Shown one piece after another: positions 1-14,115 of a DNA stretch of 64,000 nucleotides (positions are counted from its first letter, which is position 1; every line of letters begins with the position of its first letter). The notes under the pieces are model-generated. The model had not been told where the DNA came from, searched no databases, and saw nothing but the letters and a program-made list of their open reading frames with translations. The position numbers were made by a program, and so were the translations under genes. The stretch spans positions 85,686,001-85,750,000 of the forward strand of contig CM052816.1 of assembly GCA_028534125.1 (NCBI GenBank). The letters are read 5' to 3'. This stretch comes from Lama glama (lineage: Eukaryota).

Positions 1-402
1 CGATTTCATATATATCTTAGGATTATTTGTTTTATTTCTGTGTAAATGTCCTGGGTAATAGGGATCACATTAAATCTGTACATTGCTTTGGGTAATACAG
101 CCATTTTAACGATATTAATTCTTCCAATCTAAGGGCATGGGGTGTCTTTCCATTTATTTGAATCATCTTTAATTTATTTTATTAATATTTTATAGTTCTC
201 TGCATTTAAGTCTTTTCATCTCCTTGGTCAGATTTATTCTTAAATATTTTATTTTATTGATGCAATTTTAAAAGGGCTTTTTTTTTTAACTTTCCTTTTC
301 TGATATGTTATTGTTAATGTAAAGAAATGCAACAGGTTTCTGCATGTTAATCTTTTAACCTGCTACTTTGCTGAGTTCATTTATCAGCTTTAGTAATTTT
401 GC
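1..402 (-). mobile_element. L1 ORF2 fragment; inverted 5' segment of a twin-primed L1 that continues off the window
   Basis: Reverse complement matches the ORF2 region just downstream of the RT core (KLL.LINE...[17 protein letters not shown]). It abuts a plus-strand L1 3' end at ~403. Confidence 0.85.
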
Positions 403-1041
403 AAATAGACTTACCATATGATCCAGCAATCTCACTCCTGGGCATATATCCAGAGGAAACTAATTCAGAAAGATACACACACCAAAGTGTTCACAGCAGT
501 GCTATTTACAATAGACAAGACACAGAAAGAACTTAGGTGTCCATCAACAAATGACTGGAAAAAGAAGTTGTGGTATATTTATACAATGGAATACTACTCA
601 GCCATTAAAAAGAATGAAATAATGCCATTTGCAGCAACATGGATGGATCTAGAGATTATCATACTAAGTGAAGTAAGCCAGAAAGAGAAAACAAATTCCA
701 TATGACTATCACTTGTATGCGTAATCTAAAAAAAAATGACACAAGTAAACTTATTTAAAAAAGAGAAACAGACTCACAGACATAGAAAACAAACCTATGG
801 TCACCAAAGGGAAAAGGTGGGGGGAAGGATAAATTAGGAGTTTGGGATTAGCAAATACAAACCACTATATACAAAATAAAAAGGTCCCACTATATAGCAG
901 AGGGAACTATATTCAATAAGTATAATAACCTGCAATGAAAAATAATATGAAAAAGTATATATGTATAACTGAATCACTATGTTGTATACCAGAATGTAAC
1001 ACAACATTGTAAATCAACTATAAATAAATAAATAAATAAAA
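403..1041 (+). mobile_element. L1 3' end (ORF2 C-terminus, 3' UTR, A-rich tail)
   Basis: ORF 418-705 contains the L1 ORF2 tail ([48 protein letters not shown]). It is followed by a G-rich 3' UTR tract and a (TAAA)n tail ending ~1041. Confidence 0.92.
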
Positions 1042-4000
1042 TTGGAAACAGTTTAAGTGATATTTGGGATAACATCAAGCGTACAGACATTCACAATATA
1101 GGATTCCCACAACAACACATTTCATAATTAAAATGTCAGAAGATAAAGACAAAGAGAGAATGCTAAAGGCAGCAAGAGATTGACAAAGCATCATATACAA
1201 GGGAATTTCCAAAAGGCTATTGATTTCTCTGCAGAAACATTGCAGTCCACAAGGGAGTGGCAAGATGTATTCAAAGTCCTGAAGGGAATAACCTGCCATC
1301 TAGGATAATCCACCCAGGAAGATTATCATTTAGAATAGAAAGAGAGAGAAAGAATTTCTCAGATTAATAAAAACTAAAATAATCCAGCAATACTAAACCT
1401 AAATGTTGAGTCTTCTTCTTTAAATGGAAAAGAAGTAAGAATCTAAAGGAAAGGAAAAATCCTGATGGGAAAGGCAAATATATAGTGAAGACTGAAGATC
1501 ACCTACATAAGCCAGTATGTAGATTTAAAAAGAAAAAAAAGTATATATAAGCAACTATAACTACAATAATCAATAAAGGGATAAACATGAATATGTACGA
1601 TATTACATCAAAAACATAAATGTAGGGGAGGGGAGGAAAAATGCAGATCTTTTAGAATGTGTTTGAACTTAAATGACTATAGTTTTAAAGGAAGTTGGTA
1701 TAGTTATAAGTCTACAAATTTAAATCTCATGGTAATCACAAGTCAAAAATATACAAAAGATACAGAAAAACTAAAGAGAAAAAAATACAAGAATATCAGT
1801 TAAAAAAAATCATTAACCCACGTGGAAGACAGGAAAAGAAAAAGAAATGAACAGAGAAGAACTACAAAAATGACCAGAAAGCAAGTAACAAAATGGCAAT
1901 AATTACATACATAGCAATAATTATTTAAATGTCAATTGACTAAATATTCTGCAAAAGAAACAGGATGGATGATTGGATTTAAAAAAAAAAAAGACCAATC
2001 TTGATGTTGCTTACAAGAGACAAGCTTCAGAGCTAAAGACACACACAGATTGAAAGTGAGGGGATAGAAAAAGACATTCCATGCAAATAAAAAGAAAGTA
2101 GAGTAGCAATACTCATATCAGACAAAACAGACTTTAAAACAGAGTCTATGACAAATGACAAAGAAGGACATTATATAATGATAAAGGGATCAATATAAGA
2201 AGAGGATATAACACATTAACATATCTGTACCTCATACAGGAGCACCTCAATAAATAAAGCAAATATTAAAAGACATAAAGGGAGAAATTGATAATAATAC
2301 AAGAATAGTAGGGGACTTTAACACTCCACTAACATCAATGGACAGATAATCCAGACAGAAAGTCAATAAGGAAACAGTGGTCTTATATGACATATTAGAT
2401 GAGTTATACTTAATAGATATATACAAGACACATAATCTAAAAAGAGAAGACTATATATTCATTTCAAGTGCATATGGAATGTTTCCAGGAAGAATTACAT
2501 ACTATGCCATGAATCTTGATGAAGTTAACAGAATATTAATTATTTCAAGCACTTTTTTCTGTCCACAATGGTATGAAACTAGAAATCAATTACAGGAAGA
2601 AAAACAGGAACAGCAATAACATGTGGAGACTAAAAAACACAGTACTAAAAATCCAGTGGATCAATGAAGAAATCAAAGAGAAAATTGAAAAATATCTTGA
2701 GACAAATTAAAATGAAACAGAACTATCCAAAATCTATGGGACGCAACAAAAGTACATCTAAGAAACAAAGAGACAGGACCCAATTAAACAAAATAAGAAA
2801 TAAGACAAGAGATAGGAGACAGCTGATACCACAGAGATACAAAAAATTATAAAGAATACTATGAAGAGTTATATTAAAAAACATGGACAACCTAGAAGAA
2901 ATGTACCAATTTTCAGAAACATAAAACCTCCCAACTCTAAATAAGAAAGAAATAGACAATCTGAACAGACTTATGTCTATTAATGAAACTGAATTTGTAA
3001 TAAAAAAAGCAAACAAATGACTTCACAAGGGTTTCTACCAAATATATAAAGAAGAGCTAGTATCTGTCTGCAAACTCTTAAAAAAAATTAAAGAGGATAA
3101 AACACTCCCAAATTTAGCCTATGAGGCCACCAATACTCTGATAGCAAAACCAGACAAAACCACTACAAAAGAAAAAAGAAAATTATAAGCCAGTATCTCT
3201 AATGAATATAGATGCAAAACTCCTCAACAATATTAGCAAACGAAATTCAAAAATATATAAAAGGGGTCATACACTGTTATCAAGTGGGATTTATTCCATG
3301 AATAATTCACAATTAAATCAACGTGATACACCACATTAACTACAGGAAGAATATAAATTACATAATCATCTCAATAGATGAAGATAAAGCATCTGACAAA
3401 ATTCAACATTCATTCATGATAAATCTCTCATCAAAGCTGGCATAAGGGAACATGTCTTAATAAATACCCACAGCTAACATTGCATTCAACAGTCAGAAGC
3501 CGAAAGCCTTTCCTCTAAAATCAGAAACAAGACATGGATGCCCACTCTTATAACTTCTTTTTAACATAGTCTTGGAAGACCTAGACAAAGACAAAAATAA
3601 ATAAAAAAAAGGCATTCAAGTTGAAAGGGAAGAAGTAAAAGAGTCACTATTTGATAAAATAAGAGATGACCCTAAAGTCTCCACCAAAAAATTATTAGAA
3701 CTAATAAATGAATTCAGTAAAGTTGCAGGATACAAGCTTAATATACAGAAATCTGTTGCTTTTCCATATAGTAGTAATGAACTTTCAGAAAGAGAAAACA
3801 AGAAAACAATCCCATTTAAAATTGGAACAAAAATAATAAAATACATTTGAATAAACTAAACCAAACCCAGGAGGGAGAAGACCTACTCTCCAGAAACTAT
3901 AATGCTTTGATGAAAGAAATTGAAGATGATACAAGAAATGGAAAGATATCTCATGTTCTTTGATTGGAAAAATTAACATTGTTAAAACGTCCTTCCTGCT

Positions 4001-4594
4001 CAAAGCAATCTACAGATTTAGTGCAGTTCCTATCAAAATAGCTGTAACATTTTTCACAGAACTAGAAAAAAGCAATTCTGAAATTTATATGAAACCATGA
4101 AGACCCCAAATTGGTAAAGCAATCTTTGGAAAAAAGAAAAAAAGATGGAGTTACCATGCACTCTGACTTTAGACTATACTACAAAGCTACAGTATCAAAA
4201 AATCATGGTCCTGGCACAAAAACAGACACACAGATCATGTAACAGAATATAGAGTCCATAAATAAACCAACACCTCTATGGTCAATTACCATGACAAAAG
4301 GAGGTAAGACTATACAATGTCTCTTTAATAGGTGATGTTGGGAAAACTGAACAAATACATGTCAAAGAATGAAACTGGAAAATTTTCTTATACCACATAT
4401 AAAAATAAATTCAAAATGGATTAAATATCTCAATGTAAGACTTGAAATCATGAAATTCCTAAAAGAGAACACAGGCAGAACACTCTTTGACATAAATCGT
4501 GGCAATACTTTTTTGGATCCGTCTTTTAAGGCAAGAGAAACAAAAGGAAACATAAACAAATGGGACCTAATTAAATTTAAAAGCTTCTGCACCA
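1042..4594 (+). mobile_element. Decayed L1: ORF1 3' half, spacer, ORF2 endonuclease/RT; 3'-truncated
   Basis: ORF1-like IWDNIKRTDIH...KERMLKAAR. ORF2 starts near ATG 1893. Remnants of the endonuclease (IVGDFNTPLTSMDR) and RT (GCPL...FNIVLE.L) motifs, with the FADD codons deleted at ~3650. Many stops and frameshifts. Ends at KWDLIKFKSFCT. Confidence 0.92.
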
Positions 4595-5052
4595 AGCCGC
4601 TGGGTGCACACAGAACCTATAGGGATAATCCCACACAAGGACATCCTTTTTCCTTCCAGAAGGCAGACCTTCACCCTGTTGGCAAGGCTGCTGACTGTTT
4701 CAGTCCTAGCTGGGAACCTGAAAAAACGCCTATTCTCCTATTGACTCTGCTCTAGTCCCACCTGTTCATAATTTTCCAACCAGCCCCATCTAGCAATAGA
4801 TGGGGGAGGAGACAAACCTGCCTGCACCCTTTAGTGACAGACCTGCCTGTTGACTTTAAAGAAGCACCAGGACTCAGCTGCAGCCCTGCTTGACTGTGGT
4901 CTCAAAGCAGACCCATCAGTCTGGGGACCCAACAGAAAAAGGTCCTCACGTGCTACAACCAATCTTAAGTCTGCTCCTTCAAATTCAAAGACAACAATAA
5001 GAGGCTATACCTACCATGAAAAATAAGGCAAATATGACATGACCAAAGAAAG
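4595..5052 (+). mobile_element. Older L1 5' UTR / ORF1-start fragment
   Basis: GC-richer UTR-like tract ending in 'aaggcaaatatgacatgaccaaag', similar to the ORF1 start of old L1M elements. Confidence 0.5.
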
Positions 5053-5279
5053 GTATTATTACATCTTTACAGCTGAATTTGCACAATTTATCTCTTTTTT
5101 TCTGTAAGAAATTATAGTAGAAAAACACTTTCTACTGTAGTTTACAACACATCATAAAATTTATCAACAACTATATATTTAAGAGTGATTAAATAGGCAA
5201 CTGAATATACATTTTAATTCTGTGTCTGTTTTATTTTATAAACTACACATAAGCCACCATTTTGTTATGTAAGATGATT

Positions 5280-5530
5280 ACAATAATAATAAAATACATT
5301 GTTTAAAATATGCCAGTAACTGTGCTATGTATTGTGAGTTTTGGGTGTCATTTCACCCTCAAATAAGTCTATGTTATTACTATCATTTCTTTTTATACTT
5401 TATGTACCTGAAACCTATTAAATATGTTTCTGAAAAATTAAATCTACTTAACAGAATAACCAATATTATTCAGCTTTGATGTATCTGAAAGTAAGTTTAC
5501 TTAATGTAAAAGACATGCTGTTAGCTACTT
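5280..5530 (-). mobile_element. MIR SINE remnant
   Basis: Degenerate antisense MIR ('atgccagtaactgtgcta...cattt.accctca...attactatcatt'). Confidence 0.45.
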
Positions 5531-8500
5531 TGTCATTCTCCTAAAAGTATTTCATATTTTTAAAAATACATGTTTTCTCAGTTAAACATTGAATTTGTTA
5601 CCATGTAACTCATAAAATGACACAGATCCTTTTCTTAAAACATTCATTCCAGTCAAATAAAATCAGCCCCAATCTGAGATTCTTTGAAGAACATAGAAAT
5701 TGCCAGTTCCTGACATAAAATGTCTTTGTGGAGATATATAAATAGCAGAACAGATGTGTATTATGTCATCATGATTTAAGTGTTTTGTGTCTGAGTGAGA
5801 TGCACACTTGCTTTTTGTTTGCTTATCCTGTTTCTGATAGGATAAACTTTGAAATAACTTTTACATGTAATGGTTTATAACTTAGGGCAGGTTCCCTTTT
5901 CTGAGAGTTGAATATTTACTAGTACACATCTTATATTCATGCCTTCATTTCTTGGTATTTTTATTATTTTCAATAGAGAGTACTCATTATTGCCTTAAGG
6001 TTATGATACAGTTATAGTTATTAATCAGAATCTAACATGGAAACAGTGTCATTAGCTCAGGGGTATAAGAGGAAACCCAGAAAAATTTATTATATACATA
6101 CACTATTTAGCTCTTATTCCATTTCCCTGAATTAAATAAAGAGTAAGTTCCTCACTTAACATACACAAACAAATATAAAATAATTCAAAAATTTTGTCAT
6201 ACCTTATTAGATATAAGTGTATGGAAAATTAATTACGAATAATTTTGAGTTTGATTATTTGACACAATGAAGAGATAAATTTAAATTTAAGACAGAAGTC
6301 TTATAAAAAAGGCAGAAAAGTCAATCAATACTTCAATGAGATATTAAATTAACATATCATCAAAAGCACATACAAATAAAATAACACTAAACATTGCCAA
6401 AAATTATACAGAGAGTTCAGAAAACTTTTAAGCTATCACATAAATGTTTAGCTTTGCAACACCAGTTTAATACTTCAGTGGTACTTATTCCCTTTAGATA
6501 CAAAATAATTGAAGGGGAAAAAAAAGACCAATAAATGTTTGTCTAGATTCAATCAGTCTCCAAACTAATCTCATTTAAATGGATACAATGAACGTTAATA
6601 AACCACAAAGTGTGTAGTACATTATAGTTATTTTCAAGAAAGTTATGGTTCTATAAAAAAGTGTTGTTTGAAAACAGAAGCCATATTTAACCTAAAATAA
6701 ATCCCAAGTGATTAAGACAGAGATCGACACATAGTAAGTCTCATAAATATTTGTTTAGTAAGAAATTAGAATAAATTCAAGAAGGCAAATAACTGACATG
6801 GTAGCTATCTCACAAAACGAGTTCTCTATGGAAATTCTTCCTGACCATATCTCATTTTATATTGCGATTTAGATATAACTTATTGTTAATATTAATGCAC
6901 CACACATTTTTGACTCTATAAGATGAAATAAAAAACCTGAATACTTAGAACTGTCCTTAGTTTTAATATCTCAAAATGAATTAATATGAATTTGAAATGT
7001 CAAGTGCAAATATACTGTGGTACCTTTCATGGAGTGAAGGAAAAGCACAGTTGAGACATTTTACCTTTCAAAATTTTTTTGTAGTATATAGAAAAAAGAA
7101 AGTTATAGCTCTTTAGAAAAACACTCTCAGATACAATTTGTTATTTAGAAATAATTTTTATCCCTAAAAAAATTGACAAAGTCAAAAAGTAAAACAACAA
7201 AAAAATCCAAATTTTAAAACTGAAGTTGACCATAAACATAAATACCTTGTCTAATTAATTTCAAAGAGGAGAACACATATGATTTGCTTTTCTTTGATGA
7301 AATTATATGTATTCAATTCAATTTGATCAATATTTACTTAAAGTCATGATGTGAGTAAAAAATGCAAAGAAAACTCAGTATCTGTCATGAGAAGAACACA
7401 TTTTTGAAAAAATGCAAAATTTATTAAATCTGCTTTATGGCACGCAGTATTTATTGAAGGTGAAATTGCTTTTGTTAACTAGAAAAGAAGTGTCATTGGC
7501 TTATTAAACAGGAGAAAGTCAGAAGGAGACAATTATTAAATAGGTTTATTTTTCCTACTTCTGGAAGATAACTTGGGCAGTGATCTATAGCTTTTCTTAT
7601 CTCTACCAGCTAATAAGGTACTGATTTTATGTTATTAAGGATTAGAAAGTTCAAACCATATTGAACAAAAAAAATCCTATTTTTTATTCAAAGCTACTAC
7701 TTTTCCACTCAAACACAAATCTCTCCCAAGGTCAGTAACCTCCATTAGGATGGAAATTTTTGCTTGCTCACTTTCTTCATCACTTTAAGACTGACAACAA
7801 TTTTGGTTTATGATCATTTGTGATTTGAGATAAGAAAAAGAATAAGGAAAGAAAAAACTCAACACTCTTGAGATAATTATTAAAAATTAAAATTTATTAA
7901 ACTATAACTAAACTGGGGCTGATATTTTTGTTCGATCATGAGAAACAGGAAGATTTATTAATGTCACTGTAAACAGGAACAGTTAACAAAAAATTCATGT
8001 CTTTCACAATTGCGGGTAAACACAAACACAGAAATTCTTGCCATGAGGAGCTGAGAAAAATTCAACTGACAAATTTTACTTAGTAAAGTTTTATGGTATG
8101 CATTTTTGTTTATCCTTTCCATTTGAAAATACATATTTCCTCTTACAGTATTTGAGATATTCTCCCAGGAAGAAGAACATGAAATAGAAATATACTACTA
8201 GAAATATACTGTATATTGGTCATATTATTTTACTGAGAAATAATTTTAACTTTAGCAGCTGGATTACATACAATAAGAGAAATAGAAAATGTATACTTTA
8301 AGAATGTGTTGAATAAAGATATAATTACTAGAATACGAATTTATAACTCACATCACTGTTATGTATGGTATTTGATTTTTTTCTCTAGTCAGTTAAAAGT
8401 GCAGGGTTGATTTTTATTTACATGCCTTTTTGAATATATGTTATTGAAAACAAATGTCTATTTACTATTTTAATTTCAAGGTAAATTAAGTTATTACTTT

Positions 8501-8606
8501 CCAATAAAGAAGGATACCCAATTTTAGATCCTTGTGGATATTAAAATTACATAGTAAAATTCATAACTTTCCTTCATTCAATACAAAAACTATGGAGTAT
8601 TTTTAT

Positions 8607-8930
8607 TGTTGACCTCAAACAAACAGATTGCCAGATATTTATCTATCAAATATGGGTTTATTCAGGATCAGTGGAGAATTGCAATTCGGGGTGTGCAACC
8701 ACGGCGAGCCCTCTGCAAGTTCATGCAGGGCAAGGGAAAAAGAAGATATTTATAGAGAGGAAAAGGAAGTTAAGAGGGCTATAGTAAACAAATTACTTTT
8801 CTTTGGATAAATCTTTACCAGGAAAGAAGAGCCTTGCTGTTGGGCTCTGGTATCCTCACAGGGAATGACAGCTTTTCTTTTGGTCTTCTGATTTTATTTA
8901 GTTGAGGTTTCTGCTTATTAATTTTTTACA
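8607..8930 (-). mobile_element. Probable solo LTR (ERV type)
   Basis: TG...CA termini, a GC-richer island in AT-rich flanks, and an antisense AATAAA at ~8657. No clear TSD. Confidence 0.45.
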
Positions 8931-11280
8931 CTGTTATTTACACACATGCATGAGTACTACTAAAACACTCAGAAGCATAGCAACATGCAAAAACACTATA
9001 TCTAAAGTAAATAAGATGAAAACAGTGAGTTTTAGAAGACAAGTCCTTCCTCTGTATTTGAAAGGACATCCCCTATAAACAGATTCATCTTGCTTTTTAA
9101 TGCTGACTTCTGATACATTAGTGGTTTGAGTATTACATAGCATGAACCATCCTCAAATGACAGTCTTAATAGTAAAGGTTACTTTTTTTGGTCCTCTAAA
9201 CCTGCTGTTTGAAACTAACAAAGTTTTTCTAGAAGTAACACTCCCATGAGTTGATTATTAGATAATATTTTTTGGTGATATTTGGGAAATTCTCTCTTAA
9301 GTCAATGATGCCAGAAGTCCTTCTCCTTGACCTTCATCTGATGATTATCTCACATAGAAAAGCCACCCAGACAAACTCAGTAAAGTATTTGGTTACAATA
9401 ATCAATCAGTAGGAGAAGAAGGTAAGCTTAAAATCCTCATGTTTTAATACTCTTCTAACTGTCCTTTACTCCTTTAGATCTAACGCTATTCTTACTTTTC
9501 TTATTTTCTATGTCTCTTCTTTTTTTCCCACAATCTTATCAAATCATCATTTTTGAGGTAGACATTCTGTTTACCATAAAAATAGTCATATTTTTTTGTG
9601 TGAAAATTATATTTACAAGCCACAAAATCAATTTAACTCAAGTCAACAAATATCATGTGTGTATTATCTGACATTTACTTTACAAAGAGCCCATTTGGAT
9701 CTTTCTAAGTGAAGTACTAATAGAGACCATTGTCAGACCTATTTAACAGAAAGCTCAGTTTAGATTCATTTGCAATTGTTTTTTTCATTATATCTATAAG
9801 CAAGCTAAATATAATACACTTGCATTTTCAACTCTATGGTGAAATACAGGGATTGAGGAAGCAAGCAGTGACTCTTTCATGAAGCAAAGGCTTCTTTTGT
9901 TCTCCAGTGTAAAACTAAAGAGTGAATTGCTTTCTCTGCAGTACAGTCAACTGAAGGTAGTCATCATCAATTGTTTACTACTATTGCAGGTGACTCTATT
10001 GCTTGCAAATAATTCATGATACTATGTTATAAATAACATTTTATGTAAAAGAAAACCATGCCTGGGTTTACTAAGTGTTTCTTTAATCTTTAGAAATATA
10101 TCAACTCAATAGCTGCCATCTTTGTATATAGCCTTTTAGCTTAGTCTCATAAAAATTGCTTTCTGAATCTTCAGTATGAAGCCATGGGATGTCTTATTGT
10201 TAAAATACAGAGAACCTGTTGCATAAAGGTAAATTGGCCTGAATTGGCTTATTATTTTTTAAATTTTTCAAAAATGGAATATTTATCTCAATTACTTGAA
10301 TACTCAGAGGGGTTATGAAATAATATAGGCTAAATTTCATATAATAAAATTTACTGCAGAAGCAAATCCCCACATGCCCCTAAAATCTTTAAGTTCTTCC
10401 CCTTTCAAAACAGTGAATAAAAAGATTTTGGAAAAAAGTTTTATTTTGCATTTTTTTCTTTGATTAAAGTTTTCAAGGTCTTTCTAAAACATACAGAGTA
10501 AGATAGTTTGTCATAAAAATCGTATCTACTATTATTAGACACATATAACTACTAAATTCATAAATAACAAAATAGAATTAAATATTTTTCTAATTTGAAA
10601 ATTAGTTTGACAAAATTCTTCTAAAATATTGTACAAAATACTAATTTTCAGCATTCATTTCATTGGCTTATCTCATCTCTCATTAAACCTTACCTAAAAA
10701 TGAGGAAAGTTTTGATGATTCAGAATTATCCAGGAAAACAAAAAGATATTTAAATAAATAATTACATTTAATGGTACATGAATACATTATGTGTTTTACT
10801 GCATGTGATAATTTACAGGTTAAATGTGTAAATAAATATATATTTCACAGTTTGTTAAAATATTTGATATTTCAAATAAAATATATGACATTTCCTGTAG
10901 CCTATTAAGAAACCAAGCTACATGATTTTTTCACATTTCTGTATGGTCAGGGCTTTCTGAGAAAAGAAACTGGGTAACCTGGATTACGAAATTTTGAATG
11001 GCAAACAATCCTTCAAAATTAGAGATTGTATATTTCCTCAGAACCGTCTGATCACATACTAATGATAACAGAGCCAGAACCATGTTTTCTTTCAATGTTT
11101 ACTTTTCTCTCCTAGAGCTGAATACTCCCACCAAAGAGTTGTAAAAGTCACTCTACTTCTCTTCTGATAGCTAGTGTGAGAAGTTCTGCGATTCATAATT
11201 TCAGGTTTCTCTGTGGTACAGATTTTTTCCTCTATGCTCACATTTTACTGTTGGTTGTCCATGCTCCTCCTCTGGAATAT

Positions 11281-11526
11281 CTCCAACATGGAATATCTCT
11301 CCATTTATTTACTTACTTGATTTAACTCACCAGAATTTTGCAGTTTTCTTTATGAAGACTTTTACTTTTTTTTTTTTTTCAGATTTTCATTCTGGGGGTG
11401 CTATGTAAATGATATTGTGTTTTTAATTTGAAATTTCACTTATTCATGCTGATATATAGGAGGAATTAGTCACATTTTGTATAATAACATTGTATCCTAC
11501 AAAGATGCTAGAATTGTTTATTAGTC
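11281..11526 (-). mobile_element. Old L1 ORF2 inverted segment (twin-priming 5' part)
   Basis: Antisense ORF2 from LINNSS to KWRDIPC. It overlaps by ~25 nt with the start of the adjacent sense segment. Confidence 0.7.
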
Positions 11527-12680
11527 AAAAAAGTATATAAGTGGAAAGATATTCCATGTTCATGGATAGGAAGACTTCAACATACTCAGGATGTCACTTC
11601 TTTCCAAGTTGTTCTGTAGACTTAGCAATCTCAACCAAAATCCCTAGTTATTTTGTGTATATTGACAAACTGATTCTAAACTTTATATGGAGAGGCAAAA
11701 ACCCAAAATAGCCAACAATAATATTCAAGGAGAAGAACAAGGTTGGAGGCCTGACACTATTCAGCTTCTAAACTTAACTATAAAGCTATAGTAATCAAAA
11801 CCCAGTAGCAGCACTATTTACAACTGCCAAGATACGGAAGCAACATAAGTGTCCATCAGCAGATGGATGGATAAAGAAGATGCGGTATATATACAATGGA
11901 ATACTACTCAGCAGTAAAAAAGAATAAAAATTTGCCATTTGCAGCAACATGGGTGGACTTGAAGGGTATTATGCTAAGTGAAATAAGTCAGACAGAGAAA
12001 GATAAATACTGTTTGTGTCACTTATTTGACACACACACACAAACACACAAACATGTATAAAAGAAACAGAATATAACAGAAAAGAAGCAGACTCACAGAT
12101 ATAGAGAACAAACTACTGGTTATCAATGTGAAGAGGGATGGGGAGGGACAACATAAGGGTAGAAGATTAAGAGATACAAACTATTATATGTAAAATAAGC
12201 TACAAGGGTATATTGTAAAACATGAGGAATACAGCCAACATTTTATAGTAACTATAAATGGAGTATAACCTTTAAAATTGTGAATCACTATATTGTAGAC
12301 CTGTATCTTACATACTATTGTACATCAACTATACTTCAATAAAATAAGTGCAAATTAAAGACACAGTGGTATTGGAAAAGACTAGATAAACAAATCAGTG
12401 GAACAGAATAGAGTCCAGAAATAGACACATAAATATACCACCTGATTTTTGACAAAGGAGCAAAGGCAATACAAAAGAGAAAAAAGTATTTTCAATGAAT
12501 GGTACTGCAGCAAGTGGACATCCACATTCCAAAAACATGTAGCTAGATGTATATCTTACACCTGTTACAAAAATTAACTCAAAATGAGTTAATAGACCTA
12601 ATTGTAAAATTATAAACATCTTCAAAGACAACATAGGAGTAAACTTGGATGATTTTGGGTATGGCAATGATTTTGAGAAT
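11527..12680 (+). mobile_element. Old L1 (L1MB/MC-like) ORF2 fragment, interrupted by a younger L1 3' end
   Basis: KWKDIPCSWIGR...YKAIVIK | TVWYW...QWNRIESPEI continues on both sides of the 11803-12358 insert. Confidence 0.8.
11803..12358 (+). mobile_element. 5'-truncated L1 3' end (L1MA-like), nested in an older L1
   Basis: AALFT.AK...EYYSAVKKNK.LPFAATWVDL, then 3' UTR and 'tcaataaaa'. Degenerate TSD aaaacccagtag / aagacacagtgg. Confidence 0.85.
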
Positions 12681-13400
12681 TCCCCCATACTGTTTTCCAC
12701 AGTGGCTTCACCAATTTATAGTTGAAAAAAAAAAAAAAGGAAACAAGATTTCCCTTTTCTACTTATCTTTTCGAACATTATCTCTTGTTTTTCATGATAG
12801 TTATGTTAACAGGTGTGAGCTAATATCTCACTGTGAAGGTGATTTACATTTTCTTGATAAATTGTGATGTTGAGCATATTCTTTATGTACCTGTTGGCCA
12901 TGTGTATGTCTTCTGTGGAGAAGTATTTATTAAGTTCCTTTGCCCTTGTGTGAATTGTATGGTAAGTGAATTATGTACCAATAAAATTGTTTTAAAAAAT
13001 GGAGATTCATAGGATCTAAGAATGAGTATATGTAGATGCGTGTGTCTATCTGTATCTATCATCTAGTTATTTATATTTTTATATGCCTATTTATATATAA
13101 GTATATCTCTAGATACCTATCAATTATCTGTCTATCAATCAGTCATCTAAGTATCTGCCAATCTACCTATCTATTTCTTTATTGTCCCCTTAAAATTTTA
13201 ACTCTAAATACTTTCCCAGGCAAAGTATTATACAAATTATTTTTGGGGGGTATTGAACATTGTATTTTTAGATATTGGTGGGAATGTGGAAAAAGGGTTC
13301 TTTGTGTAGTGTTGGTGAGAACACAAATTGGTATAGCCAATACAGGAAAAAGTATGGAAGTTCTTCAAGAAACTGAAAATAGAACTACCATATGATCCAT
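12675..13400. mobile_element. Mosaic of L1 ORF2 3' fragments (minus 12675-12945; plus 12946-12998 and 13270-13400) with a degenerate (TCTA)n tract at 13040-13175
   Basis: Antisense L1 'ccatactgttttccacagtggct'; sense L1 'aaaatagaactaccatatgatcca'. Confidence 0.7.
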
Positions 13401-13919
13401 TTTATTGTAATTTTATTTATTAAAATTTAATCTTTATTCACTAATGTTGGTTATAATAGTACTAATAAAGCACAATTTTGTTGAAGTTTATTAATCACTA
13501 AGTAAAGAAATCATTGTTATTGGCAATGCTGAATGCTGTCAAATAACTGGACATTAACAGCAAAATGGGCTACAACAAATAAATTTTTAAAATGTTACTG
13601 CATTTGCTTCTCAGTCATTAAATAAATATTTTATTCTTACTAGCTGCTTATTTAATAACCACTCATTGTAATTATATAATCTTTCTTATACATTTTTGGT
13701 GGTTTGGTTAAACATTACACACAAATTAACAGCTTCTTGAACTCATAGATTGCTTTGTGTGTGTGCAAGTGTAAATTTTATGAACAATTTGAATAAAACT
13801 TCCAGCTTGGAAATAAACAGAATAACACAACTGAAACTCTATTTCATAGTTATACTTTCACATTTTTTAATAACCATTTTATTGCCAATGAGAATCACCA
13901 AATAAAATCAATACCAATA

Positions 13920-14115
13920 GTGTGTGAGGCATAGGACTTTATGTTACAGTAAAGAGATAAAGAGGGCCTTAGATATAATCCTCTCACTGACAGTTATTAC
14001 TGATGTGAACTTGGGGAATTGACATATTTTATTTTTGTGTGTATGAAATGAGAACAGGCTTTACTATGAATATTCAATTAGATTTTGTACATATTTAGTA
14101 AACTGCCTTATAAAA
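13920..14115 (+). mobile_element. MIR SINE remnant
   Basis: MIR core-like 'tgtgaacttgggga...tgtatgaaatgagaa'. Confidence 0.5.

Noticed and set aside
13036..13395. 119-aa hydrophobic ORF
   Set aside because: It is built from a (TCTA)n repeat plus an L1 fragment.
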